In this document: piece after piece, positions 23,901 through 38,200 of the stretch | Layout of the letters: each line of letters opens with the position of its first letter | How positions within the stretch are numbered: the stretch's first letter is position 1 | DNA from: Auanema rhodensis | Lineage: Eukaryota; Animalia; Nematoda | DNA: 64,000 nt | Direction: 5' to 3' | Assembly (NCBI GenBank): GCA_964057225.1 | Contig: OZ059894.1 | Coordinates: forward strand, 15,190,001 to 15,254,000 | Translations under genes and position numbers: made by a program | Notes under the pieces: model-generated | The model's input: the letters and a program-made list of their open reading frames with translations, nothing else | Database searches by the model: none | What the model was told of the DNA's origin: nothing

Positions 23901-26542
23901 CAAAAAAAAATATAAGAAATATGTTCGCCGAATAGCAATAGTTTAGTGACAAGAGAAATGGGAGATATTTATGGAAATTTGATCAAAATACTTTATAATG
24001 TAAGAGAAAATCGCCTTCGCCTTTTATGGCTCAAATATACAAACAATATAAAAAAGATAAAAGAAAAAGTAAATAACTGCTACTGTAAGAGAAAGATAAA
24101 AAAAATTATGAAAAGAATATTTTTTGGCTAATTTTTAATGTTCAAAATGTTCGTTATGTTGGATAATGTTATAACAAAAAAATGAGAGGGATTATAATTA
24201 GAGAACAGTACATATGAAAGTTATTTTAATCCTTTATACAGCTAAAAGAAGATAAATATGACTCATACGGTATTTTAACAGGTTAACCTCTAAACATTGA
24301 GTAGGATGAAGTGTAAAAGTGGCAGGGACATGTATAATCAGTCATGAGATGGTAGTAAATGGTAAAGTTACAAATGTTCTTTGTGCAGTTATTTCACATA
24401 GAAAAGTATGAAAGCAGGTTACTAGAAATAGAATTATCTTCAAAAATAGATTAAAATTGAATAAAAATCATAAATTATATAAGTATAATCTTAGCTAAAC
24501 ATAATATTGAAGTGAGGCTAACATAAAGTAAAGGAAAACGAATACATTTGTGAACGTTCCGTCACTAGCTCTGTCTCGTATTATGACCACTCAAATGATT
24601 TTTTGTCACATCTATCATAACAACACAAGAATTTGTAAATGTATTATGGTTACTCTTAGGAGAGTCATAGCTTTCACGTGAGTGAACCATACATGTCGCA
24701 CACTTCATATATTCCTCATCGCCGTAGCCTTCGTCCGTTATCTGTTGATGTTCATCCTATTTGCTAACCTGAATGATTAGCACGAACCGAATAAAGAGAG
24801 GAAAGATACATACAAAGTGAGCATATTTACAAACAATTGGAATATAAGAATAACATCATCATCATCATACTTGTGTTCGTCTATTCTTGACTTGGATGTC
24901 TTTTTCAAATAAGGAGTCTACGCACGTGAAACAGCGACATAGATGTTGAGAAGAAGAATACGATTACGGGGAGATGGCTATATTACAAAACAGTGATTAT
25001 GAGAATGAAAACGACGAACGACAAATGACGACAAAGATCAGAATTGAAGAAAGAAAGTGAATACGTCGGCGAAGAGAAAGATGTGGATGAATTGGAATCA
25101 CCCAATGAGTGAGCACCTACACAGTTTGTCCCCGAAAATGATCAGACCACAATTCTATGGCTCATTGAGTTTAACAGAGATTGAAGTATGTGAATGAACC
25201 TATGAGCTAATACGGATTGTCACATCTCTGTACAGTAGCTTAGAGCTGAGAGAGATAGAGAGAAACCATGTATTTGAGATAAATCTAGATAAAGGGAATA
25301 GAAACGATGTGGCTATTTGCTTTGGTTTCGTTCACATAACAAGGGACATTTTTTGTTATTTTATTCAGTTTTTTGATCAAACTAAAAGGCTATCAGATGA
25401 CGGTCCGAAATATAAAAAAAAATGCTTTTACCTATCAAAACAACAGCAATAACATATAAAAGAATATATATTTTTTAAAACATTTTGTTGAAATTCGAAT
25501 AGCCAGTTAAGCAATTGAAGTATTTATTGTGTTAAACAAAGTGTTTGGGTTTCAAATGTATATATTTTGAATTTTTAGCTAATTATTTCTAAATGTTCGA
25601 AGATGAGCAAAGTAAAAACAACAAGTCAATAACTCAAAATATGGAATCGGTTTTAATATGTTGAATACAAAAAAAAATATATTAAATCATGATGATTTGA
25701 ATAAATTCATATTTAAGTCACCTGCAATTTGGAATAATAACACAACTTATTGAACTTTTTCTGATGTTTAACTCATATAAAAGACATGAAAGTGTTCGTG
25801 TTTGCCTATAAATTTGTCTTTTCATTGAAATTTCAAAGAAAATTATTGAAATAGATAGGAGAAAAACAAAACTTTGAAAAAGAAAAGTTAAACAAGTAAC
25901 ATTATAATATGTATTATTTATTATTTATTACAGTAACTTAACGATAGAGTTCACGTAAAATTTTAAGAAAACTGGAAATATAAAGATGAGCAAAAGCATG
26001 TCCGTTCATGTATGCATATCAAACTAGTTCAATATTGTATGTATCATAATATTTATTTATTTTATTATACAAGCAATAGTTTTTTCTTTTATTTTTTTTG
26101 TTGAATTTGCAGAGATGAAAGATATTTTAAGTTTACCACTCAAATTCTGTGTTCGAGTAATGAAAAGACGGGAGAAGTGTAAATTTTGCTTTTCTTTGAG
26201 TAAGATTTTTTCCAAAGGTTCTTTTCCTTTATACACTTGTCTTTAATTATTTTTTCTCTATTTTCGAGACAAGCTTGTGATAGAACGACACATAGTTATG
26301 AAGAATCATGATGTGGATGATAAGATCGTTTTGCAAGTCGTACGTCTTGGATAGCAAGAACCTGTCCATGTCGCCTAAAATGGTCGACAGGCTATTGATC
26401 TCCTAACATTGTCTTCTGAATGTTTCCACGCTCGTTTTCCTACTATTTAAATAATTTTTGGTTCAATTTGTGCTTATTATTTCATAAAAGTCAATTATGC
26501 ACAAACAATCTTCTAGAAATCTGATAATTATGCCTAAACGAG

Positions 26543-29422
26543 ATGGACAGATCCTTTGAAGCTCAACCTAATGATCTCCTTTTTTATGCTGCTGAAGGAT
26601 CCTTAGTTAGTTTTACTATTTGAAATATTAAATATATATATCTTGAAAAATGAAACATTTTGGTTGTTGATTATCTAACTTCGTATTAGGCTGACGTAGA
26701 AAGAATAATAAAATCCCACAAAGACTGGTTACAACACCGAGATGCTAGAGGTAGGGATGCTTTAATGCATGCTGCTATAGCTGATAATCATAAAAATTTT
26801 CAATTTTTGCACAAGTAAGAGAGATATTTATGGATATAACAGTTTGATTTGCAACATCTTTCAGAAAAGGTATTTCCTTATGGGAGAAAGACAACAATAA
26901 TGCTACAGTTCTGCATTGGGCATCACATTGTCGAGCATATAAGGTGTGAATTCTAGAAATATCTGAAGTTTCTTATTTTATTATTATTTTGCTAGTAGAT
27001 GTATATTTTTTGATAACCTCAAATATAGGTTGTACGCCATATTCTCCAAAATTCTACAGGACAAGAACTTTTTCTTGCTAAAGATAAAGATGGCGTTACT
27101 CCACTTCACATAGCTGCTGCTCAAAATTGCAATAAAATGTTAAAGGTGCTAGTTTAGTCATGATAAATTCAACTTTTTCTCAGATTTTCTTAGAATTTAT
27201 AACATCCAATGACAATGTCTTTGAAAAGGCTCAAGATAAAAGAGGAAGATCGCCACTTCATTATGCTGCCAGCAGGGCTAGTGTGGAATGTGTTGCTACT
27301 ATACTAGGTTAGAAGAAAAATATTATAAACAAACAAGATAAAAAATATTAAAAAGTGTTACGACCACGGCAGGATTCGAACCTACAATCTTCTGCTCCGT
27401 AGGCAGACGCGTTATCCATTGCGCCACGCGGCCACAAAAATTTGACTTTTGAAGACTCTTATAATCAAACATCAATCAAAAGAAGGAATCTAAAAGTTCT
27501 TACTAAATATTATTTAAAATGCTTCAGATTCTCATCAGTTAGGTTTACCCGTAGATCAGAAAGACAGAAACGGCGTTACTCCTTTGATGTGTGCTGTTGG
27601 AGTAGCATTACCACCAGGTAAACATGTTAGTTTGTCTATTGTTAAGAGCTTTAGTCATTTAAGCTGTTGATGTATGTCGTCTTCTTGCTCAAAGAAAAAT
27701 GCTAGCAGTTTCCGCTAGAAATAAATATGGTCATACAGCTTTACATTTAGCTGTTGCAGCTAATAACCTAGATGTAGTTAAACTGCTAATTGATGAACTA
27801 AAGTGTCAAGTTGAAGTAAGTTGGAAAATAACTTTAAAATTTGATAAGAATTCATTAGGTTTTTGACAAAGAAAATAGAACACCATTACATTATGCAGCA
27901 GAACAAGACCAACCTGAGATCGTCAGGATATTATTAAGCAAGGGGGCAAAAAATTTGACAAAGTAAGTTAGAAATTGAACATAATATTCAAAATTATTTG
28001 AAGAAAATATTTATTAATATGCAGTACTAATAACCGATAATTGGGATTTTGATACAAAATTAAAATAAATTCAGAGATCGATTTGGAATCACCCCAGCAC
28101 ATTATGCTGCACAACATAGTCGAGCTTGTCTGGATATGATATTTTCAGTTACGGGAATACAAGTTTGTTTTTATTGAGAATTCAAAATAGAAAATTGTTT
28201 AATTTTAGGAAGTGAAAGATAGTGAGCAGCGATCTTGTTTTATGTGGGCCGTATGTGCTGGAAATCTTGAAGTTATTGAGTATCTAGTTAAACGAACAGC
28301 GCCTGAGAGGCGGGAAATGGTACACTCACCATGTTATAAAATTCTAAAATTTCTATAGGACAAAAAAGGATTCACTGCGTTACATTTGGCTGCCATGGTT
28401 GGAAACGAAAATGTTTGCAAAGTTTTGGTCAAACAAGGATGGAATATAAGTGTATAAGATGAGAAAAAATACAAAATATAACTAACTATTTGAAGGAACA
28501 CAACAAACAAGAAAATACACCCCTACATTTGGCTGCTGGGCGTGGAAACACTGATGTAGTTCGTTTCCTTGTTACATCAGGAGCCAATATAAATGAAGAA
28601 GATTCTCATAAAAGGTTTTAATGACTAACCTTGAAAAAAATGAAAATGAACAGAAAAAACAATACTTCAATCACATATTAGCATCGTTACAGAACTCCAA
28701 TCTTTTGGGCATGTTTTGGTGGACAATCCCATACTTTGTACTGCATGATCAAAGAAATGAGTTTCCAATGGCGAACAACGTAATATTTTTTTATAAAAAA
28801 TTGAGCACTTTTTCTATTTTATTTTTATAGTGAAAGACCTGCTCGACCTGTAACTGATGCACTTGGACGAACGCCGTTACATGCTGCAGCATATGCTGGA
28901 TCTGCAGCATGCATTAACATGCTTTTAGGAGTATTTACAATCATTTTTCTGAAACTTGCAATTTTTTATTAATTATAGATAGAAGCCGAGGATGATTGCC
29001 TCAGTTCACCCTTGATTGGATGGAAAGATAAAGATGGTTTGATAATATTTTTCTTAATTTTTCAATAATCATCATGTTGAGGTGAAACAGCTTTACATGT
29101 AGCCTGCGAACGAGGACACATGGCATGTGTACTGTCCTTATTAAAGGGAGGAGCTGCTATTAATGCTCTGAACAAAAGAAAAATGACCCCTCTAGACTAC
29201 GCGCAGGAGCATAAGGTACTAATCGGATGGTATCACGTACAATTACTCTTAATGTCTATCGACTTATAGGCTATACGAGATCATCTACTTGCACAAGAAG
29301 CCTTGGCTTGGGAAGAGCTTAAGAAGAAAGCTGCTTCATTTATTTGGGCCTGGTGGAAAGAAGTATCAGCGTTTAAAAAAGGCATTAAGCCGCCAATAGC
29401 TGAGAAACCTGTACTCAAATAA
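26543..29422 (+). CDS. mlt-4: Inversin-like ankyrin-repeat protein (MLT-4/NPHP2 family)
   Basis: About 15 ankyrin repeats (GVTPLHIAA, GRSPLHYAA, GHTALHLAV, RTPLHYAA, GFTALHLAA, NTPLHLAA, GRTPLHAAA, ETALHVAC) plus an IQ-like AASFIWAWWK near the C-terminus. Choosing mlt-4 over nphp-2 is from recall, not a search. Confidence 0.75.
27361..27433 (-). tRNA. tRNA-Arg (anticodon ACG)
   Basis: GGCCGCGTGGCGCAATGGATAACGCGTCTGCCTACGGAGCAGAAGATTGTAGGTTCGAATCCTGCCGTGGTCG; cloverleaf with A/B boxes and a downstream oligo-T terminator. Confidence 0.97.
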
Positions 29423-30623
29423 TTAAAATCTTAACATATGACAATGAACATGTTATACATGTTCACATATATATTTTTATACATAACTGTGTTCATAAAA
29501 CCATTAATATGTTTTATCTTCAAAATCTATTGAATAAGATCAATTTTCTTTAACCATTAGTCATGGATAGTCTTTAAATATTTACATTCCCTGATTGATC
29601 ATGATTAATGAACCAAACTTGTTGCAAACTTTCTAGGTTGTTGAATTTTCTTTTTTATTATAAAATACTTACCAATTTACAAATCTTGCTTATATTTCTT
29701 TAAACATACTCAATAAAACAGTTATTTTCACTTAGTTGAATTGTTCTACGATATAATAAGATACCTTTTGGACCCAAGCCATTACGGTAGATCATGTACT
29801 GTGTTTACGCAGCGTGGCTGTGACATCTGCTGTTGGCGTACAAGAAAATATTTGAATTTTCTTCCATGATGGTCTCTCGAACAGCATTTTTGATATATTA
29901 TTGTTATTTTTTATTTTCTGGACTACAAATCAATATTTAATCAAACAATTCATAAATATAAAGTTAGACAATCATTTTTTTCTTTTTTGTGTCTTTTTAA
30001 ATTCTTTTATAACACAAGTTTCATTATTACATGTATATAATATTTGTGTTTTTTTATATTTTTGAATTAAGCTTGATTTAAATCACCTCTCCAATCATGC
30101 TGCTAGAGTTAAATATATGAAATTTGCTCATTTAACTTGAAAAAATATCCCTCGTTGTAAAAATTTTGTTATCTACTATAACTTTTTATTAAATACTTCT
30201 CACTTTTTCATCTAAATTTTGTACTGTTTAAATTATGCTCATTTAGTTTATTAGTTTATATAGTAGTTCCAAGCTCTTGCATCTGTATACATAATGCAGT
30301 TTCTGTTCTCTTGGTGCTCTAGCTGTCTGTCAAACGGCGTGCCCTCTCCTAATCTTACACACTCTTTCTTCTGTCCATAGTGACCTGCAGCGGGCGACGC
30401 GGCTCTGCGGCGGTTACCAGTTTTGTTCGAATTTGGATTTAAGCAATTATACAGCGTTCCTTTTCTAAAAATTTACTATACATGTGTATTTCTTTACTTT
30501 TTTGTGATTTACATTCTCTTTGATTTTGTTATATTCCCGTTATCGATGATCTTTTAAATTGAAATTAATGCTAAGTTTTTATCGATTTCTAGGTAACACC
30601 AAGCTTTCACAACGTCGTCCAAA

Positions 30624-33600
30624 ATGAGAAAAGGGTATGATATCCCATTTTATCGAATTAAATAATATATGCTATTTTAAGTGGTGCTAAAAGAAAAAGG
30701 GAGGAAGAGGACGGGGATGTATCTATGCAAGGAGAAGATGAAGACAGCAGAAGCGGTGTTGCTGTTAAAGTAGAGCCTCCAAAAGGTTTGCCTTCATTCG
30801 CAAGTAATAATACTTAATATAATGTCTAGGAAAGGAAAAGGATCCCGAATACTCAGCTCCCAAAGGTCAAAAATTGACAGACTTAGATGAAGAAAATGTT
30901 GCCACCAATGGCCAAGCCAAGGTACTATCTCATGGTCATAACATGTTAGTTAAAATTCTTATTTTAGGAAGCCGATGGAAATATTATTGAACAAACTCAT
31001 TATATTGTTATTCCTTCTTACTCAGCTTGGTTTGATTATAACTCAGTTCACCAAATTGAAAAAAGAGCTTGTCCTGAATTCTTCAATGGTAGAAACAAGA
31101 GCAAGACTCCCGAAGTGTAATCTTTTATTTTTAATTTGAATTTCATAATTTTCAATTTCAGTTATTTGGCTTACCGTAACTTTATGATTGACACTTACCG
31201 TCTTAACCCATTTGAATATCTTTCGGCTACAGCTTGTAGAAGAAATCTTGCAGGAGATGTTTGTTCCGTTGTTCGGTAATTTCTCGTTATGTTCGTTTTT
31301 CTTATTATTATTTCAATTTCAGCTTGCATGCTTTCTTAGAGCAATGGGGCCTCATTAACTACCAGGTTGATAATGATTCTCGACCAGCACCAGTGGCTCC
31401 ACCACCAACTAGCCACTTTATGGTCTTAGCTGATACACCTTCAGGAGTGCAACCTATTAATCCTAATCCATCTAACTTTGCGGTAATAGTTAGAAAGTGT
31501 ACTGTGACTCATGTTGACATTTTCAGAGCGAGAAGAAATCAGAAGATGGAGAGAAACCGAAAGTAGAGCAGCTGCCTAAAGTTGGACTTAGAACTGATCA
31601 GTATCAAAAGCAGCTAGCTGCGATGAAGGTTAGATTTTTTCGTGAAGTTGAACATAGTTTGTTATTTTAGTCAAAAGGAGCTGCACCAGGCCGGGATTGG
31701 ACTGATCAAGAGACACTACTTCTTCTTGAGGGATTAGAAATGTTTAAAGACGATTGGAATAAAGTTGCTGATCATGTAGGCACTAGAACGCAGGACGAGT
31801 GTATTCTTAAATTTCTTCAACTTCCAATTCAAGATCCATATCTTGCTGGAGATGAAGGATCCAGTGCTACTGATGTTTTAGGTACCACGAGCTGTAGTGT
31901 ATTTTTTCTATTCGTTATTTTAAGGCCCGCTAGCATATCAACCAATTCCATTTTCCCAATCAGGAAATCCAGTTATGTCAACTGTTGCTTTCTTAGCTTC
32001 AGTTGTGGACCCTAAGGTTGCAGCTGCAGCTTCCAAGGCTGCTATTGAAGAGTTTTCGAAAATTAAGGATGAGGTTTGATTTTTTTTCAGTTTTGGTTTT
32101 AAAATTATGTTTTTAGGTTCCTCCCCTTGTTCTTGAAGCTCACGCTCGTAATGTTCAAGCTTACGAGGAAAAAACTGGCGTTGTTGATGGAACAGTTGGA
32201 CTGGCCAAATCAGGAATCGCTATCGAAGCTAAGAAAGATGAAGAAGAAGGTAGATCTCATACTTTTAAATGAATTTGGACTCTTTCTCTTTCAGGAGACA
32301 AGATGGATACCACTGAATCAACTGAAAAGAAAGCCAGTGATGCTGACGAAATTGAAACATCAGCTAAGAAAGCCATTAGTGAAAAAGTACAAGAAGCTGC
32401 TGCTAGTGCTTTAGCTGCTGCTGCTGTTAAAGCTAAGGTAAAAAAAGGCTTTATTTATAAGTTAAAATTGTTATTTTAGCATCTTTCATTAATTGAAGAG
32501 CGCAGAATTAAAACTTTAGTGGCTCAGTTGGTTGAGACTCAAATGAAGAAACTAGAAATGAAGTTAAAGCACTTCGATGAATTAGAACAGATAATGGATA
32601 AGGAACGCGAAGCGGTAGCTTTTGAAATATATTCATTTGTGTGTAATACGTAAACATTTAGCTCGAATATCAACGACAACAGCTAATTTTGGAAAGACAA
32701 GCTTTTCATCAAGATCAGCTTAGGTATTTGGAGCAGAGAGCTAAGCATGAAGCTCACAACAAATTAGTTGCCACTGGACAACTTCCACATGGGCTCCCTC
32801 CTGGATTTGAAGTGTCTGGACCACCCCAGCCAACTCCCCAGGTTCAAGTAGCTGTACCCCCCAGCCAAGACTCAAAAGCAACTGTCGAAAAAATGGACAC
32901 CGCTGAGCCAATTTCGGCCCCTACTCCTATTGTTGCTGCTCAGCCTCCTCCAGCCCCAGTACCAGTTGTTCCTGTTCAAGCTGCACCTGCTTCTGTAGCT
33001 CCAATAGTAGCACCTCCTCCACAACCAATTCAAGCTCCACCACAGTCTCAGGCTCCTCCTCCAGTTCATTCTGCTGCCATGCCAGGTCCTCCTGCTCAAC
33101 AAAATCCAGCTTACGCTCCACCCGCTCAACATCCACCTGGACCATACCCACCACACACTCAACCATACCCCCCTCAAGGATATCATACCTCCAACCAATA
33201 TTATGCAGGTTTGTTGATTTTATAAGTTATATTTTATAGTAATTGATTTAGGACATCCAGGTTATGGAGGACAGCCTCAACCAGGCCCAGGATTCTATCA
33301 GAGTCGTCCAGGATATCCTCCATCAGGGGCCCCCGGATACGCTCAACGCCCATATCAAGGTCAACCATACCAAGGTGGCCCTCCAAGAGCACCTTACCCA
33401 GGAGGAGCTTACGCACAAGGTTTTGACAAACAAATCTATTTGAATTTATTTTATAAGTTTAGCACCACCAGGGTACGGACCCCAAGGATACCCAGGACAA
33501 GGTCCTGCTGGACATTACCCACCTCCCGGAGGCGCTCCTGGTGCTCCCAGCGCTGGCGCTCCACCAGGTCCCCCTGGACAACCTACCCAGATGCCTCCTT

Positions 33601-33723
33601 CCCAAGCTTCCTTGCCTCCTAACGATAGTTCTGATGCAGCTACACCACCTATGCATCAAGGTAAAAATTGAAGCCGAGGCAGAGATAGAAGCGTTACTGT
33701 TTTCAGGTTTGAAGACTGAGTAA
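30624..33723 (+). CDS. swsn-1: SWI/SNF core subunit SWI3/SMARCC
   Basis: SWIRM ([33 protein letters not shown]...[14 protein letters not shown]), SANT ([45 protein letters not shown]), coiled coil ([31 protein letters not shown]) and Pro/Gln-rich tail. Confidence 0.97.
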
Positions 33724-34249
33724 GCTCTTAACAGGGCTATACTAACTATTTTTTTTGTTTTATCTCTTGTCTAACTCCTTGAATAATTTATCATCATTAG
33801 CTACTACTTTTCCCTGTTTAACATTAATCTCATTGTTATTCTCGGGAAAAAGAGTATCTCGTTTCCCGGTAGTGCTCTGATCCATTAAGTTCCTAATTTG
33901 GTCCAGATTTGAAATGGTCTCCTTGTTTATTGGCGGTTTATATGTACACTTTGATTCGCTGCTCGTCTCCTTGCTCTTATTTTGTTCTGTAATCTCAATT
34001 ATTGTTATAACGTCCGCATGAATCATCTTTTGAACTGTTAAATAGTTTGTACTACGTGTTTATAAGCGTTGTAAATTCTTAGGTGGAAAACGCTATTTTG
34101 CTGGTCGTTTCAATCGTAACTAATCGTAAGTAACAAATAAATCAGTTTGATTGGATCAATTATTTTTTTGTTCAAGTTAATCTATATTTATGATATATTT
34201 ACATATCTGAAGCCTGTCATATGCAGATGACATTGGAAATTTTGTTCAG

Positions 34250-35205
34250 ATGGACTCGTTGCCTCACTCTACTTTTTCGGGACATGGAACAATTGATTCA
34301 GAATTTAATCTCTCTAATCGAGAAGGTCAGCTGGAGGAAGAAGATGACACAACTCCTGCTGAGGCATATAGTTCTGCTTTTAGAGTAGTAGCTCAATATG
34401 AATTTAGGTTCTCGCAGAAATGAAAGTAGCTTGGCAGAACGAAATTGCTTCTCCGGTCTTATTACCGCATCGTTTCGATGCTGCTGAATGTCTTATAGAT
34501 CAGATTGATGGCATTGAGGAAAACTTGGCAAGACTTCCGGATAAAGTGCGTATATTTGTGTACAAAACATCTTTAAGATGCTATTTTAGACAGCAGCTTG
34601 GATTGCTATTCATCGAATGGAACAACAACGGCTAACATATTTGGTAAATGACTATATCCGAAGTAGACTTGCTAAAATTGAACAAAATCCCCGTTGGTTA
34701 TTAAAAGAACATGAGAGACGAATTCAGAGCCGTATGTTAGATGTACTATTATTGATGTAAGATATCTTTTGAAGATAATCCCAGTAGCGGAGAAGAGCCT
34801 GTTGAATTACTCGCTCCCCAGGAGCTTGAATTCGCAATGCGATATGCCGAATCAGAAGGTATTCTTATGGGTAACACCTTTTTAGGTTTGTATATCTTCA
34901 CAATATGCTTTTATTTGAATATAATGTTTTTCAGGTAGATTACCTCCATCGCTCCGTAAGATTCCTGTTTCTGAACCAGAAACTGACTTTGAAAGAGTAT
35001 GCTAACTAGATAAGTAAAGGCAATATTTAAATATTTTTAGGTGTATGCTGAAGTGATGGTGGACAATGCTGAACAAATTGTTGTTCCAGATTATCAAGAT
35101 CCTACTTCAGATGTTCTTGTAGATTTAGAGAAGAGCTCAGTCCATTTAATAGCTTTTAATTCAATACAAGATCAAATTGAGAAAGGCCATGTACGATTAT
35201 TATGA
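34250..35205 (+). CDS. sld-5: GINS complex subunit 4 (Sld5)
   Basis: TPAEVLAEMKVAWQNEIASPVLLPH...HRMEQQRLTYLVNDYIRSRLAKIE...LEKSSVHLIAFNSIQDQIEKGHVRLL*. Confidence 0.9.
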
Positions 35206-38200
35206 TACATTTATTATTTCATATCGTTTTATTCCGTTTATTTCTCTTATCTCGAATGTATATGATTCACTACGTATCAGTTATCATTCCTAACTATCAT
35301 AATTACTAATTTTGTAAAAAGAGCATATTTTCAAAATAGGTTATGGTTTCACGTATCCTACCCTTTTAAATATGTCAACGTTTCACTGAATATTCCTCTT
35401 GAAAGATCTGTCTAAAATTATTTTCCTTTTTCTTTGTTTACATTTCGCTCATAATTGAAAAGTATACGTAATGGAATGAAGCTGTTTCATAGTGTTAGTT
35501 CGTAGATTAAGCCCTGAGGCAAGTAATAGCTCTAGGTTCACCCCCGATCCTCATTGATGAGCAAATGAGGCTTCCAGCCATTTTATAATAGCCCGATGTT
35601 TCAGTTTGATCCTATAGACTTATCCAACGCATATGGTGAGAATAATGATCTTTGAAAGTAACCACGTTGGCCCAATATCATTCAGAAAGATGTTTCACTT
35701 TTAACTTAACTAACTTTCAAAACAGTTTCCATTTTTTAACTATTTGAGACTGATGCGGTTGTTCATTTAATCAATTTTTTTATTAAGAGGTAAAGGGTTT
35801 TAAATACAAAACATGAAAAATAAGTTATGACAAGTGATTTTTCATGTTTCTCCTTCAACTGAATAGTAAGATGCAATAAGACTAAGATAGCTTTGACGAA
35901 AAACTACTTGTATATTCTTGAGTAACATCTCATATACATGTTTTTGATTGCTTTACCTCGCGATCTACTAAGCACGTGTTTACCTATTTCCGGTTCTTGT
36001 TGGCTGATGTTTTCGCACTCCCTATCTCAGCTAGGCGTGAAGGAGGAGTTACATGCAAATACCGTATTATAAATCGGAAAAGGCGATAAAGCAGTGTGAA
36101 GAAGGGCCATTGTTTCTTGATGTTTATGTTCTATTCATGTCTATAACTTGGCTCAAGAGGTTACAATCAGAAGGATTGCCATAGTCATCGAACGGAAGAA
36201 GGCGGGGCTAAACCATCATGCTCAGTTGGTGGCCATCGGTAAAAGCAATTCTAGAGAGGACCCGATGTAAACATGATCCTTAAGAAGCTAAGGACGTTTA
36301 GTTCTTTCCATGTGTCGTATGAGAGTATTTGCGTTCTAAGTGCGTCTCAGATCATATGGAAGGAATCCTATCCGCTGTTTCTGATTTCTTCAAAGTCTCT
36401 CACAAATATCGTAGAATGATTGATTTTCGTGTTTTCTTCTAGTTTGCTATAGCCGAGCTTAATCATATTCATAATTAGTTTGTAATTTCTTTTGTATGTT
36501 TGATGAAAGAAGTGATGTCCACTTTGTAAATTGGATTCGGAAATGTGAACATATGGATGACCGCCTGACAGAAAAGTCTCACATTACCATATCCCATGTA
36601 TTCTCTGTGTGGCAATAAGCGCCAGATAGCTACCTTATTTTATAAATCGAATGCTTCCATTTAATCGAAACAAAATAAAAAATTGTTAATGCCCTAACTC
36701 AACGTTTTTGATATTTGTATCCATAAATATGACTGCAAATGAGTTATTTGTGCTGTCATTAGCCTTTCGAAAAGTATAGATTTAAAGGTTGCCACTATGT
36801 TCATTCAGTTAAAAATCGTGCATGACGATTTGTCTAGATATACATGTGTATGAGTGTTCTTGGTAAGGCTCTCGTGCTTACAAGTCATAGCCAAACGAAT
36901 GAAGTCGTGGATATTTCAGCTTAAGGTCCCACCTCTTCGCTTCCCCTTATACCTCTTCATTCAGACTTGTTTATCATGACGACTCACTCACACCATTTGA
37001 GTTCAGTGGCGCTCTTAGCTTTTGCAGTTCCTGCCTACATCTTCCCTCGTTGTAATCTGTCTTCGTTTTCTTCCTCATTTTAACTATATATACTCATATT
37101 CTTTAAAAATTTTTTATAAAACTGCTACGAGTGTACTGCTACTAGTACAGATGTTAATTTTCCTAAAGACTTTTCTGATCTCAATTTGTCCTTATTCATT
37201 TTTCTCATTAATTTTCAAGAAAGTATAGAATTAGATTATAAAGCTTTTATTAAAGAAGAATGAATATCAATTGGTCATCATATTATCTACCTCTTTCAAG
37301 TCGCACTTTGACTCATCTTCATTCGCTCAAGAGGATAGATAGCCTTTAGGACCATGACACGGAATAGATGGTGGCCAGAAGGCAGCTTCGATAACTGGAG
37401 TGTGACTAGTGAAAAAGAGGTCTCAGACCAATAGGCCATTTCAATTCTATTATTTATCGCTTCTCAAACTTCTATGTCATCTACTTATACACATCATCTT
37501 CTTGTTCTCTATCATGATTTCTTCTTTCGTGCTTTTATTTTACTCTTGTTATAACCATATTCTTAATATTTATTTATTTTAAATGCTTAATATTTGGTCT
37601 GTTTCAAAAAAAATATATTCATTGCTCTAACTTATTTTTAAGCTTCTCTCTCTTTTCCAGAAGCATTGTTGCATAGATCGAACCAAGATAGAATGACCTC
37701 AATACCTCTAGGGGTTGAAAGGCAAGCTATTCCAGAGCGGCTGCACCAAAAGCTAATTACTAAATTTTGTCTCAACCGCTTTTCTCTACTTACTCAATTT
37801 CCCACTAACTCTTCTCCAGCATTCTGGTCCTTTAATTGTCATATTTAGTTTTCACTGCAACCACATTTATTCTCCTGGGCTCCTCTCTCTTTCTCTTTCT
37901 ACCTCTCGCTTACTCTCTTAATCTGTCTTCTCTCACTTATTGTTTTCATTCTCACCCTCTCTCTTTCTTTTGCTCTTCTTTGTACATTTTCCAGAAACTG
38001 TCAGTTGTCTGTTAGTTATGATGACTATGACGATTGAAATAAGAGTATGCATCCAGATAGGTCGCTTAATCTTCAAGTCCATATGCCATATAAAAGCTAA
38101 ATGCTCTTGATTTTTGAGAAGTTCGCAAGGTTTTGCCAGCAAGTGAATTGGAGTATGTAAAAATGAACCAGTGAACACGTCATTTAGTTTGCAAACGATC

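Noticed and set aside
24660-24795. Terminal-exon-like segment ESHSFHV...HPIC* followed by AATAAA
   Set aside because: No upstream exons found; compatible with chance
26113-26420. Extra upstream coding exons of the ankyrin gene
   Set aside because: An in-frame stop precedes ATG 26543; at most these are uORFs or non-coding exons
32872-33659. Minus-strand ORFs (Glu/Val- or Trp/Arg-rich)
   Set aside because: Antisense shadows of the Pro-rich swsn-1 tail
35545-35580. Hammerhead-like TGATGAG hairpin
   Set aside because: Lacks the CUGA core and the downstream GAAA
35480-37610. piRNA (21U) Ruby motifs CTGTTTCA
   Set aside because: Only a few scattered copies, not the density of a piRNA cluster
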